The position numbers and the translations under genes are program-made. This document shows positions 12,386 to 25,911 of a stretch of 64,000 bases of DNA, piece by piece (the stretch's first letter is position 1; each line of letters opens with the position of its first letter). Source of the DNA: Cenococcum geophilum (Eukaryota); the NCBI GenBank assembly GCA_050273025.1, contig CP158636.1:4712001-4776000 (forward strand), written 5' to 3'. The notes under the pieces are model-generated. The model did no database searches, was not told the origin of the DNA, and was given only the letters and a program-made list of their open reading frames with translations.

Positions 12386-15372
12386 ATGTCTAACAATCCA
12401 CCGAAATCGCCAAACCAATACCGATTCTCTCGACAGGGTTTCCAACCGTTAGACAACACCCAACCAGCTGGCAAAATGGCAGCAAACGACGCTACTATCG
12501 ACATCCCTCTCCAGACTGTCGTGAGTCACACGCCTTCTCACGCGCGTACTGTGCAGGATGAGACTATGACCGAGAAAGGTGGTCTATTCCACCGCGGTGT
12601 CCACGGCAGACGGAGGATCCAAAAACTCGATTCCAAAGCCAGTGGAGCTGATACCGGCGACGACGGCGAGAATACTCTCAATCGAATGGGCAAAATCTAC
12701 AACAAAATTCTCAACTTCAGCATTGTCACCCGTTATTTCATCTATGTTCTTCCCCTTGCCTTAGCAATTGCTGTCCCTATTGTCGTTGGAGCTACAGTTG
12801 CTATGGGTGCTAGAATTGGGGGTGTTAGGATTCTCTGGCTCTTTATATGGATCGAGATTGGTGAGTTAACCGGTATCCGTTTTGGGTTATAAATTCTGGA
12901 CTAATAAATGCACGTAGTCTGGTTGGGCCTATGGGTCTCCAAAATTATCACTCACTTCCTGCCGGCCATCTTCGAGTTCCTCATGGGCGTCGTGAGCGCT
13001 GGTGTCCGCAAATATGCCCTAGTCCTAAAAGCGCTAGAAATTCCTCTTTCTCTCGTTGGTTGGGCGATCGTATCTCTGGCTACTTTCATTCCAGTATGTA
13101 TATCATTTCCCGCGGCATCTACAGATAGCTCAAAAAAGCAGATTACTCTTTCGGTCCCCACCGCTCGTCGCGAGCATCATGGAGTTGCTGCCCAATGGCA
13201 AATCGTAATCCGTCAAATCCTCGTTGCCGCACTGATCTCCGCCTGCGTTTTTGCTGCAGAAAAGCTGCTTATCCAGCTTATTAGCATTAACTACCACCGT
13301 AAGCAGTTCAATGCAAAGATAAAGGATTCCAAACGCAATATCCATCTTCTCAGCCTGTTGTATGATGCATCAAGGACTTTGTTCCCCGCTTATTGCCGTG
13401 AGTTTGTTGAAGAAGATTACATCATCAATGATTCGCTACAGATCAACCTGGGAAGTAAGAAAGGCACCGGTCATAATCGATCTGGATCCGCTACTCCTCT
13501 AAGACTGCTCCATGATGTGGGTAGATTTGGTGACAAGATCACTTCTGGTAAGTTTTATTAGCCTCGGGATAAAAAATCATGTAATCTAATTATCGCAGTG
13601 TTCGGCAACGTTGCACATGAAATCACTGGCAAGAAGGTTTTCAATCCAAATTCTGCCCATACTATTGTCATCGAGGCTTTGGAGAAAAATCGGTCTGCCG
13701 AAGCCTTGGCCAGACGCCTCTGGATGTCTTTTGTTGTTGAAGGCAAAAACTCGCTGTTCCAAGAAGATATCCTAGAGGTTCTTGGTGGAGGCCGCCAAGT
13801 GGAGGCTGAAGAGTGCTTCGCTGCTCTTGACCGAGACGGAAATGGTGATATCAGTCTTGATGAAATGATTTTGACTGTGACGGAGTTTGGTCGCGAGAGA
13901 AAGTCTATCGCTACAAGCATGCATGATGTTGACCAAGCTATTGACGTTCTTGATGGACTCTTAGCGACTGTCGTGTTCATTGTCTGCGTTTTCGTGTTCA
14001 GTAAGTACCATTCTCCTCGACACTTGCTGAAATAGTCGTTAACATTGTCCTAGTTGCCTTCCTTAACGCTAGCTTCGTTACGACTCTGGCCACATCCGCT
14101 ACAGCGCTGTTGTCATTGTCCTTTGTTTTTGCAGCAACATGTCAAGAGGTCCTTGGGTCTTGCATCTTTCTTTTTGTCAAGCATCCTTACGATATCGGTG
14201 ACCGCGTCGACATCGGTAGTGATCAGCTCACCGTTGAACACATATCATTGCTATTTACAGTCTTCAAGCGAGTCGCCACTGGTAGAATGGTTCAGATTCC
14301 TAACATCGTTCTAAACGGCCTGTGGATTGAAAACGTAAGCCGTAGCAAGGCCATGAGGGAACAGGTTTCCATGTTTGTCAATTTTGATACAAGTTTCGAG
14401 GACATCAAGGCTCTCAAGAATGAGATGCAGACCTTCGTCCTGGATAAGGAGAACAATCGCGACTTCCAACCCGAGATCGAAATTGAAGTCGTTGGTATCG
14501 CTGAGATGAACAAGTTAGAATTGCGCGTGGAGATTCGACACAAGGGCAACTGGGCCAACGAGGCAGTCCGCGCTGCCCGTCGATCCAAGTTCATGTGTGC
14601 TCTTGTTCTAGCACTCCGTAAGGTTCCAATTTATGGGCCTGGAGGCGGTGACGCTGCGTTAGGCGATGCTGGCAAGCCATCTTGGTCTGTTGCTATCTCT
14701 CCAGAAGAGGCTATCAGAGCACGGGACCAATTCAATGAAGACAAGGAAGCCAAGCGACTCTTCCCAACTAAGAAGCCGGAATCATCAGAAGACTTGGACG
14801 AAGGCGAGTCAACCAGCACAGATTATCGCACCAGCACTGGTATGCCCTCTGAGATCAAAGCAATTGGCTCGCTGAACTCCCGCGCCCCTGGAGCAGACCC
14901 GGCTCGCGATGATGCATGGAATGGTCGTGATGACAACAGCACTCTGGGTCGTCCTAGTATGGACCGACCGGACCTTGAGGAAGTTCATGGCCTTGTGCAC
15001 AAAGAAAGCAGCAGAGGAAAACGCAAACAAGGCCCAGTCGTTGAACAACCGCGTCAACCCATCCCGCCACCAATCCCCATCCCAATCATCGCGCAGCCCC
15101 AGCCACCACAGCGCGAACAGGCAGCGTCTCCAGCTTCAATGTCTAGAGAATATCAGCAGATGACACCAAATGTTCAGCAACAAGGACAGGGGGTGCAAAT
15201 GAGACGCCCGGTTGGATCCCACCCACCACAGGGCAATGCCTTTGCCATCTCCATGCAGAGACCAATCCAGGCGCCTCGCATGACAACCCAAAACAACGCG
15301 GGCTCAAACAATCCATACGGAACCCCATCACCGCAACAGCAGGAACAGCAGCAAGGGCCACATAGAGAGTAG
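12386..15372 (+). CDS. MscS-family mechanosensitive ion channel (Msy1/Msy2-like) with EF-hand
   Basis: Multi-exon. EF-hand DRDGNGDISLDE; FLFVKHPYDIGDRV, ISLLFTVF and IPNIVLN...IENVSRS are MscS hallmarks. Confidence 0.9.
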
Positions 15373-16097
15373 ATAAATGACATGGGCAACACGGGATTGA
15401 ATGCGGGATGAGTCTCCTTTGTCTACCTTAAAGGAGTGAACGGCATGGGTAACTTCTGTTTCTTCAGGCAGAACGCCTACTTCGCCATTTGTGGCTTTAG
15501 ATATACGGTATATGGGAAGGCACCCTTCACGGACGATCGGATTTACCAGTTTCTTGGATGGGTAGGGTCGAGGCGCTCCTAATGGCTCACGTGGATTTAC
15601 TATAATCCCCCCATCAATGTAGATTCGGAATAAAAATTTATTTAGGATCAGGTCCTATGGTATCTCAGTGGTGTTTATCCATTTGCTTCAAACACCATGG
15701 ACTTCCCCGCTAAACAGACTGGCGATCTGAATGAAGACGTAAGACGTTACTGTGCAGGCGACTGGAGCCTCGCAATGGGTTGAAGGGAGGCCAGAACGAA
15801 TCAACTTCGCAATTTGGTTAAATCCCACTGCTTATGCCATCTTCAGCAAATATACGCATACACAGTGAGGCCCTAGAAATAAAGTCCAGGAGTGAATTCA
15901 TCAAGTAGTGCCCCTACCTAATAAACACCATTATGTCCCCCGCGGTCACCAGAGTGCCTCGTAGCCATCCCATCCGCAAACGCCGTGGTCCGAAACGCCA
16001 GAATCCCATTCCTCTTGCCTCACAGAGTAACTCCTTGTTGCAATTACTTTTGTACCAGCGAACTTTTTGCAGTGTTTCGTCTCACTCCCTTGCTACC

Positions 16098-17216
16098 TTA
16101 CCTCCCACCAGCACCAGCACCAGCAGCAACAGCAGCAGTAGCAGCAGCTCCCTCTACTGCAGCGCCCTCACGCGGACCATCAGTCCCCACGGTAGTCCCG
16201 CCCGCCGCACTTCCCAGCGCACTCTCGCTTCTCCGCCCTCGCGGCCCCGTCTCGGAGCTGCTGGACCTTCGGCCTCGGATCACCCTCTCCAACTCCCTGA
16301 TCCGCCGCCTCAGCAGCTCGTTCTCGCGCTTCGCCTCCTCCAGCTCCTGCCTGTAGTGCGCCACCTCCTCGTACCGGGGTGTCGAGACGACCGAGCTCGC
16401 CCGGCCCTGCCCGGACGGCGCGTCGGCGGCCTGCGGCGCGCCCGCGGGCTGGGACGAGGCGGAGTAGCGGTGGTGCTGGTGCTGGTGTTGGTGCTGGTGC
16501 GCGATGCCGGCGGAGGCGGCGCCGAGCGGGATGCCGGTCGTGAAGGTGGTCGGGCCGTTGTAGGAGGCGCTGACGCTGCCGCGGCTGACGCTCGAGGAGC
16601 TGCGGTGGCGGCGGGACGTCGTGGGGTGCGTGGGGCCCATGAGGGCGCCCGTGTGCGCGGCCGACGGGTCCGTGGCGTCGAGGAGCAGGCCTGGGGCGCC
16701 CGAGGCGTTGGAGGAGGCGGTCGAGGCGACGGAGGCAGAGTGCGCGCGCAGGGCGCTGAGTTCGCGCGTCAGGCGGTTGACCTGGAGCGAGGGTGTTAGT
16801 GCGGTGGAGGAGTGTGAGGGGTGCGGTGGGCTTCAGGCTGAAGCTCTTAGAAGAGTGCTGTGCTATGGGTCTTCAGAACATACCACAGCCTCCTGTTCCT
16901 TCTCCAATTCCAGGTGTAGCTCAGCTGCCGTAAGAGGGCGCGGATGCCTCATGGGCACACCAGTGGCGTCGACGCTAGGAACATGGCCGGTGAGACTCGG
17001 ACTGAGAGGAGGGAATGACTGCTGAGAATGCTGAGTGGACGTTGGCATTGACCCGCCTGGAGAGGCTAGCGGGAGTGGAGGAGGGCTCATTGGGAATATC
17101 TGCGACGCACGTCGGGATGCTGGCGATGAAGAATGACGGGAATTGAGCGGCAAAGCGGGTGGCAGGTTGGCTGCATTACGAGGTGACGGAGGGACGGAGT
17201 TGAGATCTGGCGCCAT
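16098..17216 (-). CDS. Conserved hypothetical coiled-coil protein (2 exons; 3' end uncertain)
   Basis: MRHPRPLTAAELHLELEKEQEAV spliced (GTATGT...CAG, ~16783-16883) to VNRLTRELSALR...RYEEVAHYRQELEEAKRENELLRRRIRELE. Confidence 0.7.
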
Positions 17217-17807
17217 GATTGGGGGGGCTCTCGAGAAGGATGCCAGAGAGTGTGAGTGATTTGCTTGTGAGAGGAAGAGGCAGGTAGAGCAGTGGAGAGG
17301 TGGAGAGGTAGAGAGATAGAGGGATAGTGGTGGGGCTGGAAAGGTGTTGAAAGGGCTCAGGTAGGCTTTGTCGAAGTAGAGTTTATTGGCGTTTTACAGA
17401 GTGGCCATTGTTTGTTTCAACGGGTTGTCGAGGGGCCATTCAGCCGGGCGTGGTTAAGGCCTGTCAAGGTGTTGCGGAACGCGGTGCGTTGTCTTGCACG
17501 TCGTTTTGCTCCTGTCCACTCACGACTGCTTGGCGAGTTGAGGGGGCATCAAAGGTGAAGCGTTAATTTCCCACGCATGAAACATGACTATCTAGCACCA
17601 TTTCTGTGCCAATCAAGACGCTATACAGTTATCTCTCTCATCCTCATAACTCTGCTTCGTATCAAAAAACTAAATGCCCATGTCCATGCTTTTGAGACAA
17701 TATAACTAGCAGCAACGCCAACTCCACCGCCCCTAGACCTGCTCTTTTGTGCAGGTAACCCTGTGACGCAAACCGAGATTATCATCCAGGATACGGCAGA
17801 TAGATGT

Positions 17808-19355
17808 TTAGTATGTCCTCGCCAGGTTACGGAGATACCAGTCCACTAGCCTCCGCCCTACCTTCGCCTCAGAAACGTGGATGAGATCCTAGAATAAATG
17901 CGTTAACAAAATTATTCACCAGTCAGCCATGATTAAACACTTACGCCCTCCATAGCATAGTCTAGATCGCTGCTATTAACAACATCGCCCTCAAGAAGTC
18001 CACCTTCGCTCCAACGCGTTTGTCGGCTCCTCTGCTTATTGACGAGCAACCAATTCCTCAACTTCTCTGGCTCCACTTCTAGGAAACCAGCGAGCTTCTT
18101 CAGATCCATCGTCGTGTACAGCTTCAGGTAGCTCTTCACAGTCGGGGACCACATATTATTTTTCACCTCATCCATAAAGATGCGCAGGTGATGCTCAACG
18201 GGGTCAATATTGATCTCAGGGTTGTCGAAGTCGGGAGGGGTTGGCGAGATAAATTTCGGGCATGCCGATCGGAAGAGCTCTTCGAACAAAGGGAGTGATT
18301 CAGGGCCTCCTCGCTGCAGACGGTTAAACTGTTCGCCGTATTTCTCACGGAGCGCAGTGTGGATGGTGTCATCCAGCCGTGTAGGGTGAAACGCAACGCA
18401 GATGGCGATCAGGGCATACATTTGGTCGTTCTTCTTCGTGATTGAGTCATACTGAGCATTCTTCTGGAAGTTCTTCGTTCGCGACACGTAAACAAGAATG
18501 TGGCTAAACATGCGGATGGCGTCTGCATATCGGCGCATCATCATGTACGAAAATCCGACATAGTAGTACGTTGTGAAATGTGCTGCCATGACACGGGCGA
18601 ACATAGCTTTTTTGTTGAGCTCAATGTCGTCCAAGGTCTTGAGAGCAAGACTAAAGTCACCCAAAAGACAATGCACTCGCAGAAGGCCAATGATGGAGAA
18701 GTATCCCAGCATTTTGTACAGGGGCCTGTTGCCGTATTCTCCAGCATACAGGCTTTGGTCTTCGCCTCTCTTCATCGCTGCGAGCTGTTCACTAATCTGT
18801 GACCTCTGGATCAAGGAATAAAGGACGTTCAGGACGCTGTAGCAACCCCACGTGTTCGGATTGTCTCGCAGTAGTTGTATCTCCTCCTCATTTTCGGCCT
18901 TGAGAGCTATTTTTTGGCGGTAGCTGCAGAAGCTGTTGAACTGGTAGATAAATTCGTCGATAACATCCCAAGCCCAGTAATACTGCATTAGTGTTAGTGT
19001 TCCCATTTACGACTTCCTCGAACATATTCCTCACCGATGGGACCTCTAAATCCACTGGGCCGTCCGAGTTAAGTATGAAGTGAAAAAGGCTGCAGTAGTT
19101 GTCGTAGCTCGCAAATTTCGTCTCCAGAGTGGCTTGGAATTCTAATGGCGTCGCGGCAGCCTGCAACTGCGCATGTATATCCTGGCTGCCTCCCAGCGAT
19201 GTGGTTCGGTCCAAACCTTCCATTCCACCATCATACTGCACTTGTTCCCGGTAGTCGTTCACGAGGGCCTCCTCTTCGGCATCAGACTCATCAGCTGGCG
19301 CCCGTATCGGGGCTTCGCCATGCTGGTAGGGAGGAACGCGTTCTCGTAAACTCAT
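17808..19355 (-). CDS. eIF3L: Eukaryotic translation initiation factor 3 subunit L
   Basis: YYWAWDVIDEFIYQF, LYKMLGYFSIIGLLRVHCLLGD, and last exon DLIHVSEAKVGRRLVDWYLRNLARTY*; 3 exons. Confidence 0.95.
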
Positions 19356-19662
19356 CCTCAGATATAGCTCCTCTGGAGACTGGAAGATGGATATCGAGGA
19401 AGAGTGGGAGCGGATGCGCGGCGTCGCTGGTGTGAAGGCGTTCAAAGTTCGAATTTCGTGGTGTTTCGCTTCATGGTGCCAAGGCGCCCAAATCTGTGGC
19501 TTTTCGTTATCGATAGCGCGAGGGGCTCGCAGCGAGTCATGACGTGGGTAGGAGGATGAGCGAGAAGGCTGTGGGCATATTGAATACTTCTAACTGCAAG
19601 TGCTGACCCTGGGAAGACCATATATATAAAGTCCATTAAACTTCTCAATCTACTCATTCATC

Positions 19663-20772
19663 ATGGCACCCGTATTCAAGGTTGCCGTAGTCCAGCTCTA
19701 TCCCAAGGTCCGGTCCTGCAAAATCCCCTACCTTCTCCAATCTCTAACGCCACCTTCAGCCTATGCAAATCGAGCAAAATTTTAACAAAGCAGCCTCATA
19801 TATCCGCTCCGCCGCTGCTCAAGGCGTGGAGCTCGTAGTCCTGCCCGAATACCATTTGACGAATTGGGTTCCGAAGGACCCGAACTTCCTCTCTTTATGT
19901 GGGCAATGGGAAATTTACCTAAAGAAGTATCAGAACTTGGCGAAAGAATGCAAGATATGCATTGTGCCAGGCACTATTGTAGAGAGGCGGGACGGCGCTG
20001 AGAAGGAGGACCAGCTGCTCAACGTTGCTTATTTCATCGACCATACGGGCGAAATAATTGGCAAATATATCAAGAAGAACTTATGGTGAGTAAGCAGAAT
20101 CCTCTTCAGTGAGGGTTATTTCCAATCAGGATCTGCAGGGGTCCAGAACGAGAATATCTTACCTCCTCTGGTCGAGACGTGCACGAAGTCTTTGACACGC
20201 CGCTTGGTCGAGTAGGAATGTTGATCTGCTGGGATCTCGCCTTCCCAGAGGCCTTCAGGGAGTTAATATATCAGGGAGCCAAGATCGTCATTATTCCCAC
20301 CTTCTGTAAGTTCTCTTTAGCAAGTCTCAATACGGAATAGTAAATTATGGGACTGCTCTAACGTGAAAAGTAGGGACTCTCAACGACTGCTCTGAAGTTG
20401 GCCTGAAGTTCAATCCATCCGCGGAAGCAGTCTTCCTTGATAGTGCCCTAACTGCTAGGACGTTTGAGAACACTTGCGGTATGCCGGCTATTCTCCAAAT
20501 CCTGAGCTCCCTTCTTGCTAATTGTATTAGCCATAATATTCGCGAATGCAGGGGGGCCGCCAGGCCATGGATATGCCGGCCTGTCTCAAATTACAGTCCC
20601 CTACATCGGACCCTTGACACGGCTAGGCAGTTGTGCTGAAGGGATGAGCGTCGTGGACCTCGATTTGGGTGTCTTGGAGGATGCCGAGGAAAACTACAAA
20701 GTCCGCGCTGATCTAGCCAGAGACGACTGGCATTATGACTACCGGCATAGCAAAATGAAAGAAAGGCTGTAA
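19663..20772 (+). CDS. Carbon-nitrogen hydrolase (nitrilase superfamily)
   Basis: Catalytic triad motifs VLPEY, YIKKNLW and LICWDLAFPEAFR across spliced exons. Confidence 0.9.
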
Positions 20773-21267
20773 TCGGGTAAGCAGTTTTAGGAAGCATATA
20801 TTTAACACATAAATAACTTTATCATTGCAAGTCGTGCAATCTGCCGTATTTGGTTCAACAACTTGAGACAGAAGATCTGTCATAGTAAGAGGAAAAATGC
20901 AATAAAGGGGTATCTATAAACAAGGAAACGGCCCTCCAATGGCCTTGAGCCTTGCCATCAGGTACTAGGGGGCCATGTAAACGCTAGGATGCTCGAATTG
21001 TATCCGTTAGGATAAAAAGACATTGTAAGCCGCCATGACGCCAGACCGGTGCGACCGATGTAGCCCTTTGAGCCTTTTTCTGAGTGCAAAGCATACGGGG
21101 GCCGCCGAATCCTTAGGAACAGGGTGATTTACAGGGGTATCGCCGAGCAGCGGCTTGGTGGAAGAGAACAATCTAGGAAAACGCAGTTGTAACGGAAGGC
21201 CGAGCCTTCTAGCCGTACGAAAGTTGCTCCTTAACGATAGGTGCTCTACAGAACGATGTCTTGGGCT

Positions 21268-23022
21268 TCAGGCAACGATGCCGGCATCTGCCCAGCTATC
21301 AATTCTAACACCGTAACCAGGAAAGTTTTCCGTTTCCTCTTCATCATCAGAGTCTGGCTCTGTACCGTCCGTATTTAGAAGTGCAAATCGGTTGGTCACT
21401 GGGGCCACCGTCGTTGTCTTCGGTCTTGAAACCGGCACATGATCCTTCCAGCTTCGAGCCGGGACTTTTGGCAAGGGCGCTGCGCACTCGTCGGGATACC
21501 ACTCAATACGCAAGCCCTTGTATTCAGTGCGTGACATCATGCAGGTGCGAGCGAAAAGAGCATTATGTACTGAGTTGGTTGATATGTGAACATCGCCATC
21601 TTTGAACTTGACTCCAATCACTACCAGGTTGTGGATATGGTCTAGATCCTCTCGGATGCCTTCTTCTGTGAATTTTCCAGTAGCTCCACGGATGACTAGG
21701 TTACGAGTCGCACCGATAGATATCTTGTTAGCAACATGGTGGGGAAGGTGGAATTGGCGATCGTTCCAGCGCACTTCGATCTATGTGCTATCAACAAAGT
21801 GAACAAAGGGCTTCAAAGGCCATGAATCATACCCTCTTTGCATGGATATAGAAGTCGTTACGCTTCGCGTAGGCAAGGAACTCCTGCGCTCCTTCAACAA
21901 AAGAAACTGTTGCAGAACGATCGTTTCGAATATAAATATCTAAAAGTCTACCTCCACGTATAATGTTAACTAGATCTTGGTGCGTTGTGTGATCGGAAAG
22001 GTTTGTGAATAGCACAGTTCGTTGATCGTCTCGTGGAAAATGCGGCCGAGATGACGTAGGGTCAGCAGCATCAGGGCTGAAATGCTCGTCTCTCTCAGGA
22101 GGCGTATCGACAGAGTCTAGCTGTCCAAAGCTGTGAGTCCTGTTTAGGTGGTAGGAACTAGGCTTTGGTAGGAATCCTTCCCCCACGGCAGCACTAGAAG
22201 TATCTAGTGACATTGCACTGCTCTGCAGCACTGGCATGGTGATTGGTACGGAATTTGGCCTAGTGTACGTGTCATCCCACCCCCTGGACACGTTGGTCTC
22301 TGCATTGCTGTATTCGGTCTCACCAGAGATGAGGGTGTCGAGTGTCTCTGAAGTCAAGCCGCCTCGAAAAAGAGCACTTCGCAGGATGTCTGAATAACCA
22401 CTTATCAGTCTCGGTTGGATAACCAGCAAGTCAAGCGGGAATAACATCGGGAGGCATTGGGTGAAGATTCCCAATTAAGCTAGTCTGAGAGGACGAAGTT
22501 TATGAACGTACTATACTCCCAAGCAGCCCGAAGCTGGGAACGAACCCAATAGTCAGTAACTGATCAACTACATACAGGAGCTCTTGGCGGTCGGTGCCGA
22601 GAAGTATCAGGACAGAACTGCAGGCCTAGAAGACTACACAACCACACTTAACTTCTAGACTCAAGTATATGAAGCCTCCTTGGCCACAGCATCTAGATAC
22701 TTTGGAACCGACCCATAATTGGAATTGTAGGAGCTCACGAGATGGTCATGCTCCGCCTTGGAAATTGTCACGGCGGTCGGGGGAGCGTGTGATAGGGTGT
22801 CATGTTCGCCGCTAGAAGTATGCTGTTTATGCTCGAATTAACACTCTCTATCTTCGAGAGGCGTATGGCAATGGGCAGGACACAGAAGCACTGACAAACT
22901 CGGCACTGATTGCTAGGTTAGCTAGAGGCTTGCATTGACGAGGTCGCATGAGCTGGTAGGGATACTCACCGACGGAGCAAAGCCTCGAAATAGGTTTTAC
23001 CAATGGTCACTGTGCTCGCCAT
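21268..23022 (-). CDS. RRM-domain RNA-binding protein (Nrd1 'negative regulator of differentiation'-like), multi-exon
   Basis: RTVLFTNL...IRGGRLLDI...ATVSF; GATRNLVIR...IREDLDHIHNL...TNSVHNALFARTCMMSR. The 5' part is made of short exons. Confidence 0.75.
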
Positions 23023-23256
23023 TTTGCAAAAGCAATGAAGCGGTACGGAAAGCACAAGGAAGCCTGAGGTTGCACGGGGACAGATGGGGGGGAGCAGGTG
23101 TTTTCGGCGATTAACTAGTGCACTCAGCTCTTTCGTTGGAAGGTCCAAGCTCCCTGCAGCCAAACCTCGAAGCGCTACCGCAGCGCAGGACCCCGGGTTT
23201 TCCCAACTTTTGCTGCCAGATCGGCGCCCACCATCACCACCATCAATTGCGAGTTC

Positions 23257-24847
23257 ATGGACCAGAATGCGCCTGCAACACCGCACGATGCCCCTCCTCA
23301 ACTGGCAAAACACATTAGCATAGGGAATAGTGATGGAGTCAGTTCTATCTTCTCGCAATTGGCGAGCAATCCATTTTTCACTGCCGTAGGTCGCGCCGCG
23401 CTATTATTCCTGGAGGCGCCCAGTGAACTAAATATATCTACCACAATAGGGATTTGGCTTAGCAGGCCTTGCAGCTATTGCGCGCATAGGCCAGAAAAGC
23501 CTCAGACAGGGCGCCGACCTGCTTCGACGTCGCATGCTTGTTGACCTTGAGATCACCCGTCATGATGAGTCGTATCCATGGCTACTGCAATGGATGACTG
23601 CCTATCAGCGAACACAAATGACTGGTATGCGTTTGTCTACGGAAAGTCATAGGTAGAAATGCGCCTTTCCTTTTTCACCCCGCATAGGCTTCCAGTAAGG
23701 ACGAACTGACCGCTAATCTAGCAACACTTTACAGCACGGTCTCATCTCTTCCCTGATCCGAAGATTCAATCCTCGGCTACATCATCTCCAAATCCAAACA
23801 TCGAAAGTTAGCAGACCTGGCGGAGCCTCTAACACGCACTTCTCTCTTGTCCCCGGGCATGGACGCCACATACTGCGTTATGGTGGATCGTTAATTATGG
23901 TGAACCGACAGAGAGAGAAGGCCTTTGATATGGCTAGTGGCACGCCATTCGAAACAATAACTCTCACGACTCTCTATGCGCATCGAAACATATTCGAGCA
24001 GATATTCACCGAGGCCCACCAATTAGCACAGCAAATGCAGGAAGGGAAAACGGTCATATATAATTCAATGGGACCTGATTGGAAGACTTTTGGTCAACCA
24101 AAGCGAAAGCGCCCGTTGGATTCAGTCGTTCTGGAGCGGGGCGTGAAAGAAAGAATAACAGAAGATTTGCAAGCATTTCTCGCGGCTAGAACCTGGTATC
24201 TTGATCGTGGGATACCTTATCGGAGAGGATACTTACTCTATGGGCCGCCAGGGACCGGCAAAAGCTCCTTCATACAGGCTTTAGCCGGCCACTTAGACTT
24301 CAATATTGCAATTCTTAACGTCAGCGAACGCGGCCTTACGGACGACCGATTAAATCACCTACTCACTAAGGTTCCCCCAAGAACCATTGTGTTGTTAGAA
24401 GATGCCGATGCGGCATTTGTCAATCGCAGGAAGCCTGACGAGGATGGTTATGCAGGAGCCACAGTTACTTTTTCCGGGCTGCTCAATGCTCTTGATGGTG
24501 TAGCAAGTGCTGAAGAGCGTATCATATTTTTGACGACGAATCATGTCGAACGATTGGACGAAGCTCTCGTTCGACCTGGCCGAGTTGACATGACTGTTCG
24601 TCTCGGGGAGGCGACAGAATGGCAGATCGAGCAGCTATGGGATCGATTCTATGCTGGTGTTGACTCCGATGGAGATGGCAGGAGAAGATTCATAAAGCGG
24701 GTGCAGGAGCTTGGTTTGGTCAATGCGATAAGTACCGCAGCCCTACAAGGGCTATTCTTGTTCAACAAGGGTGACATGGACGGGGCAATTTCCATGGCCG
24801 AGAGGCTTGCCACTAGCCATGGGCACGGGCATGTCGACCTCCAGTAA
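23257..24847 (+). CDS. BCS1: Mitochondrial chaperone BCS1 (AAA ATPase)
   Basis: N-terminal LASNPFFTA/GFGLAGL; WYLDRGIPYRRGYLLYGPPGTGKSS; LLEDADAAF; TFSGLLNALDGV; RPGRVD. Confidence 0.95.
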
Positions 24848-25042
24848 ATTGTCATGTTGTCTGATGCACAAAAGTCATTCATAGGCGTTTATTGTTTTGT
24901 ATTATTGTACTATTATTGTATATTAGACCGGTTTTTTCTGGCTAAATGAGGATCCGCGAAACACCCGTCGCGTAGAGTTAGTATACAAATTAGTTACAGA
25001 CGCCGTCGATTGAAGTTCTGCTGAGGTCCCTTACCAGTATAC

Positions 25043-25168
25043 TATCCTTTACAACGTTGAAATGGGCCCTGCAGTTATCGATAAGGGACCAGCCAATCGG
25101 AGAACCTGGTTCAATGCAAGTTAAATCCAGTAACGAATTCTCTAAGGACTCCAGGGTTGTAAGGGATA
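25043..25168. repeat. Small foldback (MITE-like) element, copy 1
   Basis: Terminal inverted repeats TATCCTTTACAAC / GTTGTAAGGGATA (12/13 match). The interior is similar to 25408-25486. Confidence 0.5.
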
Positions 25169-25390
25169 TCCGATTGATCAATATCAAGTCTCTTATCGCG
25201 TTTAGGAGTCGTATACTGTAATGGTCGTCGCAAGATTTGGGGTCGCGTCCGAAGTGCAACGGCCCTACGCATGAATGCCCTACGTAGAGCCCTCGTACGC
25301 AGAGCCTTTATACGTACAGCATCTCTTCAATTCCGGTGGTTAGTGCAGCCACTTCCGCGCGGCCTTTTTGTAGGGATGCGCCAGGATGTT

Positions 25391-25535
25391 GTATCCCTTG
25401 ACACGGCAATTTGGGTCCTTAAGTTATTGATAAAAATCAACCAATCGGAAAAGCTGGGTTAATATAAATATCCAATTGAATCCAGTCGTCAATATAAGCG
25501 AACTTGGCAAGGGACCCTGCCGTATCAAGGGATAC
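25391..25535. repeat. Small foldback (MITE-like) element, copy 2
   Basis: Terminal inverted repeats GTATCCCTTGACACGGCA / TGCCGTATCAAGGGATAC (17/18 match). The interior is similar to 25061-25130. Confidence 0.55.
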
Positions 25536-25911
25536 GTAGAGCCTCTGTGCGTAGAGCTGTTGTGCAGAGCCTCATGTAGACAGGGGCTGTAGTTTACAAC
25601 GTACACAACGATGCAATAATAAGCTTGAATTTTGGAAATCTAACGACATAGTCTTGCGGATCGCGGTTTATTTAGTCATTCTAGCTATCACGAATAGCCT
25701 TAAGTGTTGTGGTAGTTAATAGATTTGGGAGCAAAGAGGTTGATTTTGGACTAATTACCCTTTCTGACGAAAGCGAAGCCCAAAACGGCTTAGTGCGTTG
25801 GAAGAATGTTCGGGCCCGAGATAACTTATCAGATGAAGCTGACCTCGAGACCAGCACAACCTTTCCTTCCACGCCCTGCATTTCCCCTGCCAGGCCCCGC
25901 TGTCTATACAT

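Noticed and set aside
15933..16799. 288-aa plus-strand ORF
   Set aside because: Antisense shadow of a GC-rich exon; the minus-strand product has the conserved-looking motifs and splice sites.
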